64,000 nucleotides of DNA, from the IMG/VR virus record IMGVR_UViG_2816332320_000003, positions 64,001 through 128,000 of that record, one strand, 5' to 3'. Shown here piece by piece: positions 28,373 to 38,488 of this stretch (its first letter is position 1; every line of letters starts with the position of its first letter). The notes under the pieces are model-generated. The model was given only the letters and a program-made list of their open reading frames with translations. It searched no databases and was not told the DNA's origin. A program made the translations under genes and the position numbers. The DNA comes from a virus. Its lineage: Duplodnaviria; Caudoviricetes.

Positions 28373-28543
28373 TTATTTGGTTTCTGTGTATAACTTGCAG
28401 CATTCAACGCGAATTCCTTTATAGCCTGTTTCTGTCTTCACAAAATACATATCCCAAGTTTTTGCATGTACATCGAACATTTGACCGATACGATTTTTGT
28501 ACCAACTTTCATCATTCAAACAGGCTGTTACTTGTACCCGCAT
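28373..28543 (-). CDS. small SH3-like protein
   Basis: MRVQVTAC...WYKNRIGQMFDV; GAGG RBS. Confidence 0.55.
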   Translation of the reverse strand: MRVQVTACLNDESWYKNRIGQMFDVHAKTWDMYFVKTETGYKGIRVECCKLYTETK

Positions 28544-28623
28544 TTTTCCTCTTCCTTTCTTAATCAAATTCCACTTTTATTGAGTTATACCAATCAAGTT
28601 TTATTTAATATATTTATTCAAGC

Positions 28624-28878
28624 CTATTTCATTTCTCTCCCCTTACTATCAATCTTAGCTCCAAGTTTTCTATAAAGCTCTAAATTTGTTGGTATCTTAA
28701 ATTGATCTCTTGAGAAGATCGGTGTAACTTCTCCAAAGCTGGATGAAATTGAACCACCAGAAATGTGGTATACATCTCCATCCCATAGCTGTATGTATCC
28801 CCAATGACCATGGTAATGTGATTCCTTGTCTTTGATAACGATTAGCTTCCCGATCATCTTCTCTGGGTTCATTTTCAA
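28624..28878 (-). CDS. KOW/SH3-like hypothetical protein
   Basis: AGGAGG RBS; IGKLIVIKDKESHYHGHWGYI. Confidence 0.55.
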   Translation of the reverse strand: MKMNPEKMIGKLIVIKDKESHYHGHWGYIQLWDGDVYHISGGSISSSFGEVTPIFSRDQFKIPTNLELYRKLGAKIDSKGREMK

Positions 28879-28957
28879 ATCCTCCTTTCAACATCCAATT
28901 TGCCCTACACTGGAAGCATTCCTTCTTTGTTTGTTGAGATCCACTTTGATACAACTT

Positions 28958-29185
28958 TTACTGTTCCTCTTCTTCAAGTTCCTGAAGTAACTTCAAATAA
29001 ATCTCTTTAGCTTTCTTTGGTTTAGTGGCAAGTACTACAATCATTTCACTTTCTCCATCGATATCATCAGGTTCAGTTGTAGTCATGGCAGCTATACCTT
29101 CTTCTGTAAACCGTTTGAGTAATTCGTCTACTGTTTCACTGTGATAAAATGAACCAATTCGATGATACAAGTTCATCAACTCCAT
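28958..29185 (-). CDS. hypothetical protein
   Basis: acidic ORF starting after palindrome 29192. Confidence 0.55.
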   Translation of the reverse strand: MELMNLYHRIGSFYHSETVDELLKRFTEEGIAAMTTTEPDDIDGESEMIVVLATKPKKAKEIYLKLLQELEEEEQ

Positions 29186-29273
29186 TTCCCAATCAAATCT
29201 CAATTTTATATAGAGTATTATTTTAATTATTATGTAATCCACATATGTATAATTTGCATATGTGGATTACAAA

Positions 29274-29540
29274 TCAGGAAGTGTGCAAACAGCCTGTTTC
29301 TTTGTCAAAAATCCAACTATAACCATACTCTCGACTATCAATTAGTTGAATATCACCCTCGTAATATCCACTGTTAATTTTAATGGTAATTACGTCTTCC
29401 AGCAAAACGTGTGGATCTTCTTTAAGAAGGTTTTGCAGTCTATCGATACATTCATCAACAACTTTATTTACAGCTTTATCACCTATAGTATCTGGTAACA
29501 TTGCTCGAAATTTATTAAAAACAGCATTCTTTAAATTCAA
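29274..29540 (-). CDS. hypothetical protein
   Basis: GAGGAGG RBS. Confidence 0.6.
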   Translation of the reverse strand: MNLKNAVFNKFRAMLPDTIGDKAVNKVVDECIDRLQNLLKEDPHVLLEDVITIKINSGYYEGDIQLIDSREYGYSWIFDKETGCLHTS

Positions 29541-29702
29541 ATTTGCTCCTCCTCAAATATCGCATATGTGTATCTGCATGTTCATATTAGCAAGATAAAC
29601 TCTATTTTGTCACCTGTTTTCTCTTCCCTCATTCTACTGAAACATCCCTATAAGTCTACTTATTCAAAGGTTCATGTATGTCACAATAAAGTCAGTAACA
29701 TT

Positions 29703-29894
29703 CTATTTCGCTCTCTTTGCAAATTCACTTGTCCATACAAACTTATCAGTATGATTTGAAGTTCTTATAAACCCCTGACCACTGCATTCCCAGCCTTCTG
29801 ATTCCATACTTTTCACATGCTCATTTCTTTCCTCTTCAGATTCATAATGAAATCCTATCTTTGTGTACTCAAGTACTTTCTTCATTTTCATCAT
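29703..29894 (-). CDS. hypothetical protein
   Basis: GGGGAG RBS right after palindrome 29901. Confidence 0.55.
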   Translation of the reverse strand: MMKMKKVLEYTKIGFHYESEEERNEHVKSMESEGWECSGQGFIRTSNHTDKFVWTSEFAKRAK

Positions 29895-29925
29895 CTCCCC
29901 ATCAAAGGATCATTTTATGGGGATA

Positions 29926-30219
29926 TTAATCCCCATCTATTCCAAAATCTATTCTAAAATGCCTAATCATTTTCTCTATTGCTTCTTCAATATCCGAACC
30001 TTTCAATACCTCAAAAATACATCGATTTGCCTTTTGTGTTTGACTTCGCTGCTGTAGGACACCATAGGTTACATCATTCAGACCTATGCTTTTTATTTCT
30101 TCCTCATTCCAATCGATTGCACCATGGCTATTGTATGCTTTTAACTCCAATGCTTTTCTTACTGTTCTCTCTGCTTGATCAACAATTAGCATTTTATTTT
30201 TCAAACTAATTCGAGCCAT
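29926..30219 (-). CDS. hypothetical protein with own operator-bearing promoter
   Basis: GAGGG RBS before MARISL; TTGTAA-N17-TATGAT upstream. Confidence 0.6.
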   Translation of the reverse strand: MARISLKNKMLIVDQAERTVRKALELKAYNSHGAIDWNEEEIKSIGLNDVTYGVLQQRSQTQKANRCIFEVLKGSDIEEAIEKMIRHFRIDFGIDGD

Positions 30220-30448
30220 GCGCAATCCCTCATTTTCAATCAAAATATAGTTTGATTCAGTTTTAAGCTTATGTATTAGTCGCTTTGTTATAAATATCAT
30301 ATCAAATATCTGTATATTTTACAATATATTTTTATATGTTATTCCAACGTAATTCCAAACGAATTAGCAGTTGCAACGATAAGAACTATCAGGATTGTAC
30401 CTATAGCTGCTGTTATACCTCCCATTAATTCATCGAATTGTTGATCAC

Positions 30449-30760
30449 TCATCGTAGCCCCTCCTCTCCTACCAGAAAGCTTCTCTCGACTCCCACAAGC
30501 CCGTCCTCAACGTTCTCTGGATCAAAGTAAGCAATCACTACATCGCCAACTTGAAAACGCTCTGTGGTTACTACATTGTCTTGAGTAAAATAAACATTAC
30601 TATCATCATACACGCCAGATCCCCAATATTGACCGTTTTCAACCTTTGTAACTTTATAAATGAACACTGCGTACTCTCCACATGCTTGAGCATTTGAAGA
30701 AGCAAACAAGATGGAAAGGAACAAAGTAATTGCTATAGCAAGATTTTTCATCACATTCAT
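30449..30760 (-). CDS. exported OB-fold-like protein
   Basis: signal peptide ending AQA; FQVGDVVIAYFDP. Confidence 0.6.
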   Translation of the reverse strand: MNVMKNLAIAITLFLSILFASSNAQACGEYAVFIYKVTKVENGQYWGSGVYDDSNVYFTQDNVVTTERFQVGDVVIAYFDPENVEDGLVGVERSFLVGEEGLR

Positions 30761-30942
30761 ACACTCCTTAATTTTAGTTGTTAATCTTGTACAATATCTC
30801 CTGTTACTGGATCATAGATGCTTATCTCTCCATTTTCTTTATGTTCATAAATATCTAGTCCGTTGCCTGTTTGACCTCTGTAGCTCCAATTGCATGGATT
30901 AAAGAATGTGTAGTCTGTCTCCATCTTGAATGCCCCCTTGAT

Positions 30943-32544
30943 TTAAGAAGTCAGCTTTAATAATTCGTTCGTACTCATGATGTAATATGACGTATTATTC
31001 ATTACTTTGTTATATGATTGCTCTCCTTCAAATTGATTAATAATTTCCCTATCATCTATTGTCAAATCTTTGTACTTAACCTTTCCATATGAAGGAGGTA
31101 GCCAGTTTCTTTTTTGTGATCCAAATAAATTAAATTTGTGTAACAAATCTATATTTTTGAATTCAATATGACATGTACCTTTTTTATAAAAAGAGACATG
31201 AAAGTATTTTAACTCAATTTTTTTGTTTTCTTGATAATGCTCTGCCATTTTTAAAGCCTGTGTAATGTCTATTTCTTCAGTTTCTCCACTGTCCAAATAA
31301 TTGAATACTTTTTCAATGTCTTTTAATTTATCCACTACCTTGTAATTAGTTGGCTCATATTTTCCCCACGAGTAATTCATATCTCTGAAGCCATTTAAAG
31401 GGATGATTACTTTTTTGTTGATTTTATAAGCTTTATTTGTTTTCCAGCCATTATAGTAATGAATGTTGTTTGATGATTCATCAAAATAGTGTTTATGACT
31501 GAATTCTTCAAAGAGATTTAAAATCGTATCCTCTACACCTTTAATCATTTCTTTATTTAGTTGGATTCTTAACGAATAAATATTAAATAGGGAAAAGTCA
31601 TAATCCTTTAATTCATCTACAGACTGTAAGTATTTCTGCTTTAAATTGCTTGTAAATAACCCCATAAACTGTTCATTGCTAAATAGTGCACTCCAATATT
31701 TTGACCGAATTTGTTTTATATAAGCATTCTCTAGACAGCCTTCCTCTTTGTCGTCATACTCCAATTCTAATTTTAATACTGGTCTGCTATCATCTTTAAA
31801 AGCTCGAAGCATGAAAGGTTTTAAACTGTTGTATTCATCTATGAGTTTTAATCCTGCCTTCACTTCGTAGTTGTACTGCTCAACTATTCCCTCAATGAAA
31901 TCAGAATGAATCAAATTATTAATAGAATTTGTGTTCGTGCTATATTTTTGTTCTTGCTTTAGTTCGTTTAAAATGATGCTGTCGTACTCAATTTTAGGAA
32001 TGTCCAAGTAAATCAAAGCTATTTCTACATTCGTCTTTCTTTCTGCATCTGTAAAAGCATCTTCTATAAGATCTATATGTGCGTTGTACTGTTCTAATTG
32101 TCGTACTAGATCCTTCCTATTGTTGTTATATGGATTCCTTAGAGTTTCAGCATTTAGTAAGCAGACGATTTTTCCTCCGAATTGCTGCATTTCAATTGCT
32201 TTAAGCAAATGCTTCTCTCCTTGAGAGAATGGAGGGTTCAAAATAATAGCATCATATTTTTTATATGTGTTATAGGTTAGAAAATCATCATGGACGAGCC
32301 TAAGCCCCTTGCCCTTTAATATGTATTGTAAATTGTTATCAATTTCTATTGTGTCAATATCATATTTATCTTTTCGTTGGTATGACCTGCTATATTTAAA
32401 TCTTTCTGTTATTGCTTCAGCAAGGTTTCCTTTTCCTGCACTTGGTTCTAGTACTGTTTTAATTGATCTAAATTCGATATGTGACAGCATCTTTTGAATT
32501 AGTTTGTGTGGAGTTGGGTAAAAATCTGGGTTATCGGTGAACAT
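30943..32544 (-). CDS. N6-adenine DNA methyltransferase with DUF4942
   Basis: DFYPTP, VLEPSAGKG, ILNPPF; C-terminal YFHVSFYKKGTCHIEFKN. Confidence 0.88.
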   Translation of the reverse strand: MFTDNPDFYPTPHKLIQKMLSHIEFRSIKTVLEPSAGKGNLAEAITERFKYSRSYQRKDKYDIDTIEIDNNLQYILKGKGLRLVHDDFLTYNTYKKYDAIILNPPFSQGEKHLLKAIEMQQFGGKIVCLLNAETLRNPYNNNRKDLVRQLEQYNAHIDLIEDAFTDAERKTNVEIALIYLDIPKIEYDSIILNELKQEQKYSTNTNSINNLIHSDFIEGIVEQYNYEVKAGLKLIDEYNSLKPFMLRAFKDDSRPVLKLELEYDDKEEGCLENAYIKQIRSKYWSALFSNEQFMGLFTSNLKQKYLQSVDELKDYDFSLFNIYSLRIQLNKEMIKGVEDTILNLFEEFSHKHYFDESSNNIHYYNGWKTNKAYKINKKVIIPLNGFRDMNYSWGKYEPTNYKVVDKLKDIEKVFNYLDSGETEEIDITQALKMAEHYQENKKIELKYFHVSFYKKGTCHIEFKNIDLLHKFNLFGSQKRNWLPPSYGKVKYKDLTIDDREIINQFEGEQSYNKVMNNTSYYIMSTNELLKLTS

Positions 32545-32612
32545 AGTTAAAGCCTCCTTACTGGCTTAAGGTTTTTGTTATTGTAGAAACCTTGTAAAAC
32601 TGCTTGGCTATT

Positions 32613-34469
32613 TTAGAAAGTGGGTTTATAGGTGTTTACAATTGGCTTTATTCCTTGCTGCTCAAAGTATTTTAAAATCTCGTCATATTGCTGGTCGTCA
32701 CATGAGAGGAATTTGCTTGTAGTCATTCTATACCCGTTATTTTCTTCCACTTGGTTTAATACTGTATCAGGTAAACTATGCCAACCTTTGTAAACTAACA
32801 AGGTAGAATAGAAGAAACTATAATGTAGGTTTCTTTTGTTTTCAGGTTTGAATGTCAATTTAACAGCATTGTTATATTGGGCATAAGCTGTAGGTGTTAC
32901 GCTGTCAAAAGTCATTCTGTTCGTGACAATTGATCCAAAGTCAGATATATAAAACAGGGTGAGTTTTTCGCCTTGTCGTATGTCTGCATCATTGAATTGC
33001 TCTTGTATTCCGTCCACCTCTTGTAGTAATTTATACATGCTTCCTTTTAGAGGTTCTAAGTGTAATTGCTGAATAATTCTCTTTGTTAATTTCATATTGC
33101 ATTGTTTTAGTCTCTCTTTGATCGCTTCTTTGTACTTTTTCCAACTTTCATTTTCCCATATCTCTTTGATGTCTAAATCAGAAATAATACTTGTTGACAT
33201 GTCCTCTAATTGGTCAGCCTTTTCTTTTAACTCTGTGATTTCTTCATCGTTTAAAGCCTGCTCATATGTGCATGTTTTTTCTATTGTTGCATTATCTGTT
33301 AGTCCTACATATCTAGCATAACTATGTCCTTGTGCATCAATTATGAATTGCAATTTATTATCTAGATATACTGCAACTCCAAACAAATTCCATTTTACAG
33401 TCTGCTTTTCTTCTTTATCCATGTTGTAGAAATCCGTCATAGAATTGATTCTGTTATCATCTGTATAACTTCCACCAGTTTCACTTAGAAAATCAAAATC
33501 ATGTAAAAGCATGTTAGAAAAGTATTTTAATGCTTCTTCATTATTAAAGTGAACTTCCTTTGTAATCTTCACGTTTTCAAGTGAATAATTACCCTGCTTA
33601 ACTTCTTCTTTGTATTCATCAATTGTATTATTTTTATTTAAATAAGCAAATTCTGAGCCAATAACAAAGTACTGTTCATTTTCTTCAAGCGTCTTTATCT
33701 CTAAGCTATTGTAAATGAAATCTGTTTGTTTTTGCTCCTCTTGTTGACGTTTCTCTAATTCAATTTTTTCTAATTCTCTTTGGTGTTGATATTCTTTCCA
33801 CTCTTGCTCTTTTCTTTCCTCTTCTGCTCTTTCAAAGTCAGCAAGATTGTTATCGAATTCGCCCATTTCTTTTTTATGTGCTTCTGTTACATCTGTTTGA
33901 GTGTACTCCCAATGAATTGAAACAGAGCCATAAAAGTTGTAGCTGCTTCCATAGTCTCCATATGGATCATAATTCTTGCAATACTTATAAGCGTTTAGAA
34001 TCTTGGTGCAATATTCTCTGATTGCTGCTATGTATTTGCTCTCTTTCTCGTATGGAGAAGATACAATATAAAAACGAATGCTGTTATAGTCGCTTGTAAT
34101 TGAGAACTTACATTGCGGGAATCGTCTTCTGACATGTGTCCGAATTTCTTTTGCCATTTCTTTTGTGGACTGTTCTTTATTTACTTCAATTTCTATCCAC
34201 TGTGCTGATTCCCACAAATTATATTGGTTATTTTTATTTTCATTAACTACTTTTTCTGTTTTTGTGCTCAATTGCTCGCTGTTATTTGTAAGTGTGTTAG
34301 CGATTTGAAAAGCCCTTTCTGATTGCTTTGTGTACCAGCACTTTTTAAATCCCGACCATCTAAAACCATTTTGTTTCAAACTCTCAATCACATCTTGTAT
34401 AGGCTTAGTATTAAAGTACAATTCAATTCCGTTCAATTCCTCATTGATCTTCAATACTGCTGCTGTCAT
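32613..34469 (-). CDS. polyvalent-type early protein with LPD29-like domain
   Basis: GIELYF..KP...NGFRW...KCWY N-domain; AKEIRTHVRRRFPQCKFSITSDYNSI (LPD29-like). Confidence 0.65.
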   Translation of the reverse strand: MTAAVLKINEELNGIELYFNTKPIQDVIESLKQNGFRWSGFKKCWYTKQSERAFQIANTLTNNSEQLSTKTEKVVNENKNNQYNLWESAQWIEIEVNKEQSTKEMAKEIRTHVRRRFPQCKFSITSDYNSIRFYIVSSPYEKESKYIAAIREYCTKILNAYKYCKNYDPYGDYGSSYNFYGSVSIHWEYTQTDVTEAHKKEMGEFDNNLADFERAEEERKEQEWKEYQHQRELEKIELEKRQQEEQKQTDFIYNSLEIKTLEENEQYFVIGSEFAYLNKNNTIDEYKEEVKQGNYSLENVKITKEVHFNNEEALKYFSNMLLHDFDFLSETGGSYTDDNRINSMTDFYNMDKEEKQTVKWNLFGVAVYLDNKLQFIIDAQGHSYARYVGLTDNATIEKTCTYEQALNDEEITELKEKADQLEDMSTSIISDLDIKEIWENESWKKYKEAIKERLKQCNMKLTKRIIQQLHLEPLKGSMYKLLQEVDGIQEQFNDADIRQGEKLTLFYISDFGSIVTNRMTFDSVTPTAYAQYNNAVKLTFKPENKRNLHYSFFYSTLLVYKGWHSLPDTVLNQVEENNGYRMTTSKFLSCDDQQYDEILKYFEQQGIKPIVNTYKPTF

Positions 34470-34609
34470 TTCGATCCGCTCCCCAATATGTATTAGGCAT
34501 TTCTTAACTGTCTTTATTTTATCATTTATTTTAAGTTAATACAATGCTTTTATCATATTTTTTTGTACGTTATTTTCTCATAATCCGATAAAAGGTAGAT
34601 TTTATAGAA

Positions 34610-35428
34610 ATGCATGCTATCTCCACTCATGTTCGCTGTTATATAATTCCTTTAATAGTGATTAAATTAGAAAGGTTGATTGATTTGGATTTCAATTTTG
34701 ATCTATTACTAAAAGTTCTCCCTGCATTAATTACAGGCTTATTGATTCCTTTGATAAGCAAATTCTCAACATTACTTAAATCGAGAACCGTAATTGAATC
34801 TATCGAATCAGGTACTTATCTTTCTAAAAAAGCCCTTGCTACACTGATTATTGTTGTTCTTGTAGGAATAGGAAGTCTTGTATCCATTTACTTTGGGACT
34901 TATCATGAGAATAGTTATAGATTATTTCTATTTTTTACTTTCACAATTTGCACTACACTGTTTATTTTTATCAAGAAGACCAAATGGAATACTATTCTCG
35001 GTCTTATTGCTAAATTTAATATGCTTATGTTTATAGCTTCGCAATGTAAAATCAAGTTTACTATTGACTTTCCATTTTATTTTAACGAGCAAGTCTTAAT
35101 ATTCATCATAATTTTTTCTGTCTACTTGTTCGCTGCCTTTATTGGTGGTGGACTTATGATTGAGGAACTACGATCCTTATTAAAATTCAAAAAGGAAACA
35201 GTATATATAGTATACGAGTCAGGCGAAATACTACATGTAGAGATTCAGTCAGTAACACAAAAGGGTGACTATATAGTTAAAATCTTTTCTAGTCAAGCAG
35301 ACAAGGAAACAGCAAAAGATGTCCACTTGCCAAGCATAGTCTGGGATGGCGTAGATTATGAAGTATTAATCAATAGATCGTTAATTCAAAAAATAGTATA
35401 TGTAAACGATAAGAAAAGGATAGAGTAA
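34610..35428 (+). CDS. multi-pass membrane protein, inverted relative to neighbours
   Basis: about 5 hydrophobic segments; own terminator; flanked by palindromes 34588 and 35463. Confidence 0.7.
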   Translation: MHAISTHVRCYIIPLIVIKLERLIDLDFNFDLLLKVLPALITGLLIPLISKFSTLLKSRTVIESIESGTYLSKKALATLIIVVLVGIGSLVSIYFGTYHENSYRLFLFFTFTICTTLFIFIKKTKWNTILGLIAKFNMLMFIASQCKIKFTIDFPFYFNEQVLIFIIIFSVYLFAAFIGGGLMIEELRSLLKFKKETVYIVYESGEILHVEIQSVTQKGDYIVKIFSSQADKETAKDVHLPSIVWDGVDYEVLINRSLIQKIVYVNDKKRIE

Positions 35429-35511
35429 AATATCTATCCTTTTCCTGTTTTTGAGAGTTCAAATTAATACATTCTTTTATTAGGAATAAGAAAAACCGCT
35501 TTTATGGCGGT

Positions 35512-35817
35512 TTATAATTCGACTCTTTCTACTTGTATGCTCTCCAGATCATAACCGAATTTCGGATCTGGTGAAAGTGATTTTCTAGCTTTTGTTGTTG
35601 CCGTTTTTTCTGATGTCGCTTCAACTCGTATTGCATTTACTCTTTGCATAGTTTCTTGTTCTATTGCGGTTACTTGGAACCAGTATTTTTCAGTTGGCTT
35701 CGTTTTTCTCATCTCAAAACCTTTACCCATGCAATCATAGCAAACGCCGTTGTCTTGATGTCTGTAACAATTGATAACTCCTGTGCCGCTGCACTTTTTA
35801 CACGTTACTTTGAACAT
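35512..35817 (-). CDS. DnaJ-type zinc-finger (CxxCxGxG) protein
   Basis: CKKCSGTG...CYDCMGKG; sigmaA promoter TTGATT-N17-TATAAT. Confidence 0.65.
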   Translation of the reverse strand: MFKVTCKKCSGTGVINCYRHQDNGVCYDCMGKGFEMRKTKPTEKYWFQVTAIEQETMQRVNAIRVEATSEKTATTKARKSLSPDPKFGYDLESIQVERVEL

Positions 35818-35951
35818 CTCAGACCGCCTCCTATGTATTTGCTTCTTGATTACATTATACGATAGTCACTTTGCTAAATCAAGTATTTGTATATTTTTAT
35901 ATATTATATCCAAATAAAAAACCGATTAGATTAGGAAAAGAAATAACCAGA

Positions 35952-36218
35952 TTACTCTGGTCTTCTAAGTGCAATTATTAATTTGTTAATCTTTAATATG
36001 TCATTATCACTTAAAATCTCATCCATATAGAAATCGTTGGCTGATGTAAGTGTGTCAATCATAATCTCGCTTAGTGATTTATCTTGCCACTTTTTAACCA
36101 TCCAACCCTCTTCTTCATGTCCATTTTCTACGGGAACGTCTTGCCCTAATAGATCAGCAATTTCAGAAAGGATGAGTTGATCCAAATCTTTTCCCAATGC
36201 CTGCATGGTGTTCCACAT
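35952..36218 (-). CDS. hypothetical early protein
   Basis: GAGGAG RBS; TTGACA-N16-TAAAAT promoter. Confidence 0.6.
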   Translation of the reverse strand: MWNTMQALGKDLDQLILSEIADLLGQDVPVENGHEEEGWMVKKWQDKSLSEIMIDTLTSANDFYMDEILSDNDILKINKLIIALRRPE

Positions 36219-36385
36219 ATTAATCCGCTCCTCGATATGTATTTCTTACTTATCTATATTTTACCACAACAGAACTAGTTGTCAATGTATTATTTTTATA
36301 ATTTTATATTTAATAAAACTGCAATTTGATTGAAAACCAAAGAATCCATTTACACGGCTTCTGCTTGTTAATTCCATATTGCTAC

Positions 36386-36796
36386 TTAATTACTTTTTAG
36401 ATTGACACACTTTAATCCTTTTTCGTCCGTAATTCCATGTTTAGTTAAATAATTTGATATTTCTATATCAGTTGGATTCTCAATACGTTCTTCAGCGTTC
36501 CATCTTGACGAGCCATCAGCACAAAAATAAGCCATATCAACAATTCCACTTGGTTCTTCCTTATAACATCTAGCATATTCATCCTTTAATTCTTCAATTT
36601 CTTCATCGTTAGTACCACTACCAAAATGTTCTTTAAATTTGATAGTAGATTTAGTTAATAATACCTTTAGATCATTATTCTGTGGAAAATGATCAACTAG
36701 AATTACCTCCGCATTGTCGTGTAATAGAGAATAATCTTCAGAAATAACTCTAACAAAACCATAGTCCCCATTGGGTTTAATCCGCTTTTCCCACAT
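36386..36796 (-). CDS. hypothetical protein
   Basis: 136 aa, GAGGGTG RBS. Confidence 0.6.
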   Translation of the reverse strand: MWEKRIKPNGDYGFVRVISEDYSLLHDNAEVILVDHFPQNNDLKVLLTKSTIKFKEHFGSGTNDEEIEELKDEYARCYKEEPSGIVDMAYFCADGSSRWNAEERIENPTDIEISNYLTKHGITDEKGLKCVNLKSN

Positions 36797-36845
36797 AGGA
36801 AAACCACCCTCTCCTTATGCATCTAATTTAAGTATAGCAAATCAA

Positions 36846-37046
36846 TTACAATACAACCAGATTGGTATCATTACTTGGAGATAAGACAAAGCCTTTCCCC
36901 TCGTCATCCTCTTTGGCAGTCTCACAGTATGCAACGTTACCCCAATAGCGATTAGGGTATGTGTGATCAGGTTTAGAGTGAATTGAGTAGATATTGATTT
37001 CACCTTTGCAATGATTGTCCATTTTACATATTCCCATGCAACGCAT
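36846..37046 (-). CDS. hypothetical protein
   Basis: AGGAGG RBS. Confidence 0.55.
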   Translation of the reverse strand: MRCMGICKMDNHCKGEINIYSIHSKPDHTYPNRYWGNVAYCETAKEDDEGKGFVLSPSNDTNLVVL

Positions 37047-37093
37047 ATGTATGACCTCCTTTTTAAATTTTATATTATAAATCTAGTTTGATA

Positions 37094-37351
37094 TCAAACA
37101 ACTTCCACAGAAAGAACTTCTTCAATCATTTCATTGATATCATTAACATGTATTTCGTTTACTGTAACCTCATCATTACATATCTCAATAGTGCAATTAT
37201 TGGTTAGAATTGTGTAACTGATTGCATTGAGCAGGAACACATCATAATCAATTGGTTCATGCTTTACGTTATGTGATTTAAGAGCTTTTTCAGCTTCCTT
37301 GACCGTTCTTTTTGTTAATTGCACACCAGCGTATCTTTTATTACTTAACAT
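37094..37351 (-). CDS. hypothetical protein
   Basis: AAGGAG RBS, bounded by palindrome-like sites. Confidence 0.55.
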   Translation of the reverse strand: MLSNKRYAGVQLTKRTVKEAEKALKSHNVKHEPIDYDVFLLNAISYTILTNNCTIEICNDEVTVNEIHVNDINEMIEEVLSVEVV

Positions 37352-37414
37352 TGTTGGTCACTCCTTATAATCATTCTAAATAACCTTTCATTGTGACACT
37401 ACACTACTACCAAT

Positions 37415-37978
37415 TCATTGCGCCCACTGTTCTAGAGCCTCCAGAACACCTTTCTTTGTCTTTGGAAGTTTAACACCTGTCATTTTAGTAAAGAACTCTT
37501 TAGAAGCATCGTTCCAGCCTTTTGGATGTCCTAGACATGATACAAGGTGTGGCATGTACTTATTGCGGATTGAGTAGATAAAAACCTTGTGGTCATCTCT
37601 TGGTTGAATGTTGTAGCCATATGATTTATTGAGATATTCTGATCCTATACAATCCTTATCATCGTCTGAAATTTGGCTCCTTGCCATTTGTATTAATTCT
37701 CTTCCCTTTTCTATCTTCTTTTCCTTCTCTGCTGCTTTGCGCTCTCTTTCTATTCGTTGATCACGTAAAGACCAATCGATATAGAACGTTCCAGTAATGC
37801 CCTTCATTTTGACTTTAAAAGACTTACCTTTTATGTACTCTTGTAAGATATTATCAGGCACGTAAAACCCTTTTTTATTGTCGGATCTATAGAATAGATG
37901 ACCTTTCTCATCGGTCTTTTGGTAATACCATTTTGTTGTTTTCGTTCGCAGGATAATTTCATTAAATTTGTATTCCAT
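37415..37978 (-). CDS. hypothetical protein
   Basis: 187 aa, GGAGG RBS. Confidence 0.65.
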   Translation of the reverse strand: MEYKFNEIILRTKTTKWYYQKTDEKGHLFYRSDNKKGFYVPDNILQEYIKGKSFKVKMKGITGTFYIDWSLRDQRIERERKAAEKEKKIEKGRELIQMARSQISDDDKDCIGSEYLNKSYGYNIQPRDDHKVFIYSIRNKYMPHLVSCLGHPKGWNDASKEFFTKMTGVKLPKTKKGVLEALEQWAQ

Positions 37979-38017
37979 TATGTATCATCCTCCATTATTT
38001 TGTTTGAAAGACCGCTT

Positions 38018-38239
38018 TTATGAGATTCTTTGAATAAAGGGATAGTGTTTTGCAACTGGATCATTTTCTACATCTTCCCCTGTATCAGCCCATACAACTT
38101 GCATAAATCCAGTTTCATTGACTCTAGCCATACGTCCAAACAAATCTCCACCACCAATACATACAAACTCAGTTCCCCTTGCCTTATTAATCATCTCATT
38201 GATATAAGTAACATTTGCACGTTTTTTCATTATATACAC
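38018..38239 (-). CDS. hypothetical protein
   Basis: stop inside palindrome 38004. Confidence 0.55.
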   Translation of the reverse strand: MYIMKKRANVTYINEMINKARGTEFVCIGGGDLFGRMARVNETGFMQVVWADTGEDVENDPVAKHYPFIQRIS

Positions 38240-38281
38240 CTTCTTTGTTTTTATTTATATAAAATAACCATTTGCTTACAT

Positions 38282-38488
38282 TTACTCTTTGATTGTTTTT
38301 AGCCTCTTATTGATCAATTTTAGTTCCTCTTCGAAGAACTTAACTTGTCCCTCATTATTCTGTTCCTTGTGGTATTTAATTGCTCCTTCTGTGTAGCCTT
38401 TTCTATAAAGTAAACTTTCTTTTTTTGCAATAGACATTACAGAATGACAAGCAGTTGAACCCTTGTATTCAAAGTCAATATAAGTCAT
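38282..38488 (-). CDS. hypothetical protein
   Basis: GGAGG RBS before MTYIDF. Confidence 0.55.
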   Translation of the reverse strand: MTYIDFEYKGSTACHSVMSIAKKESLLYRKGYTEGAIKYHKEQNNEGQVKFFEEELKLINKRLKTIKE

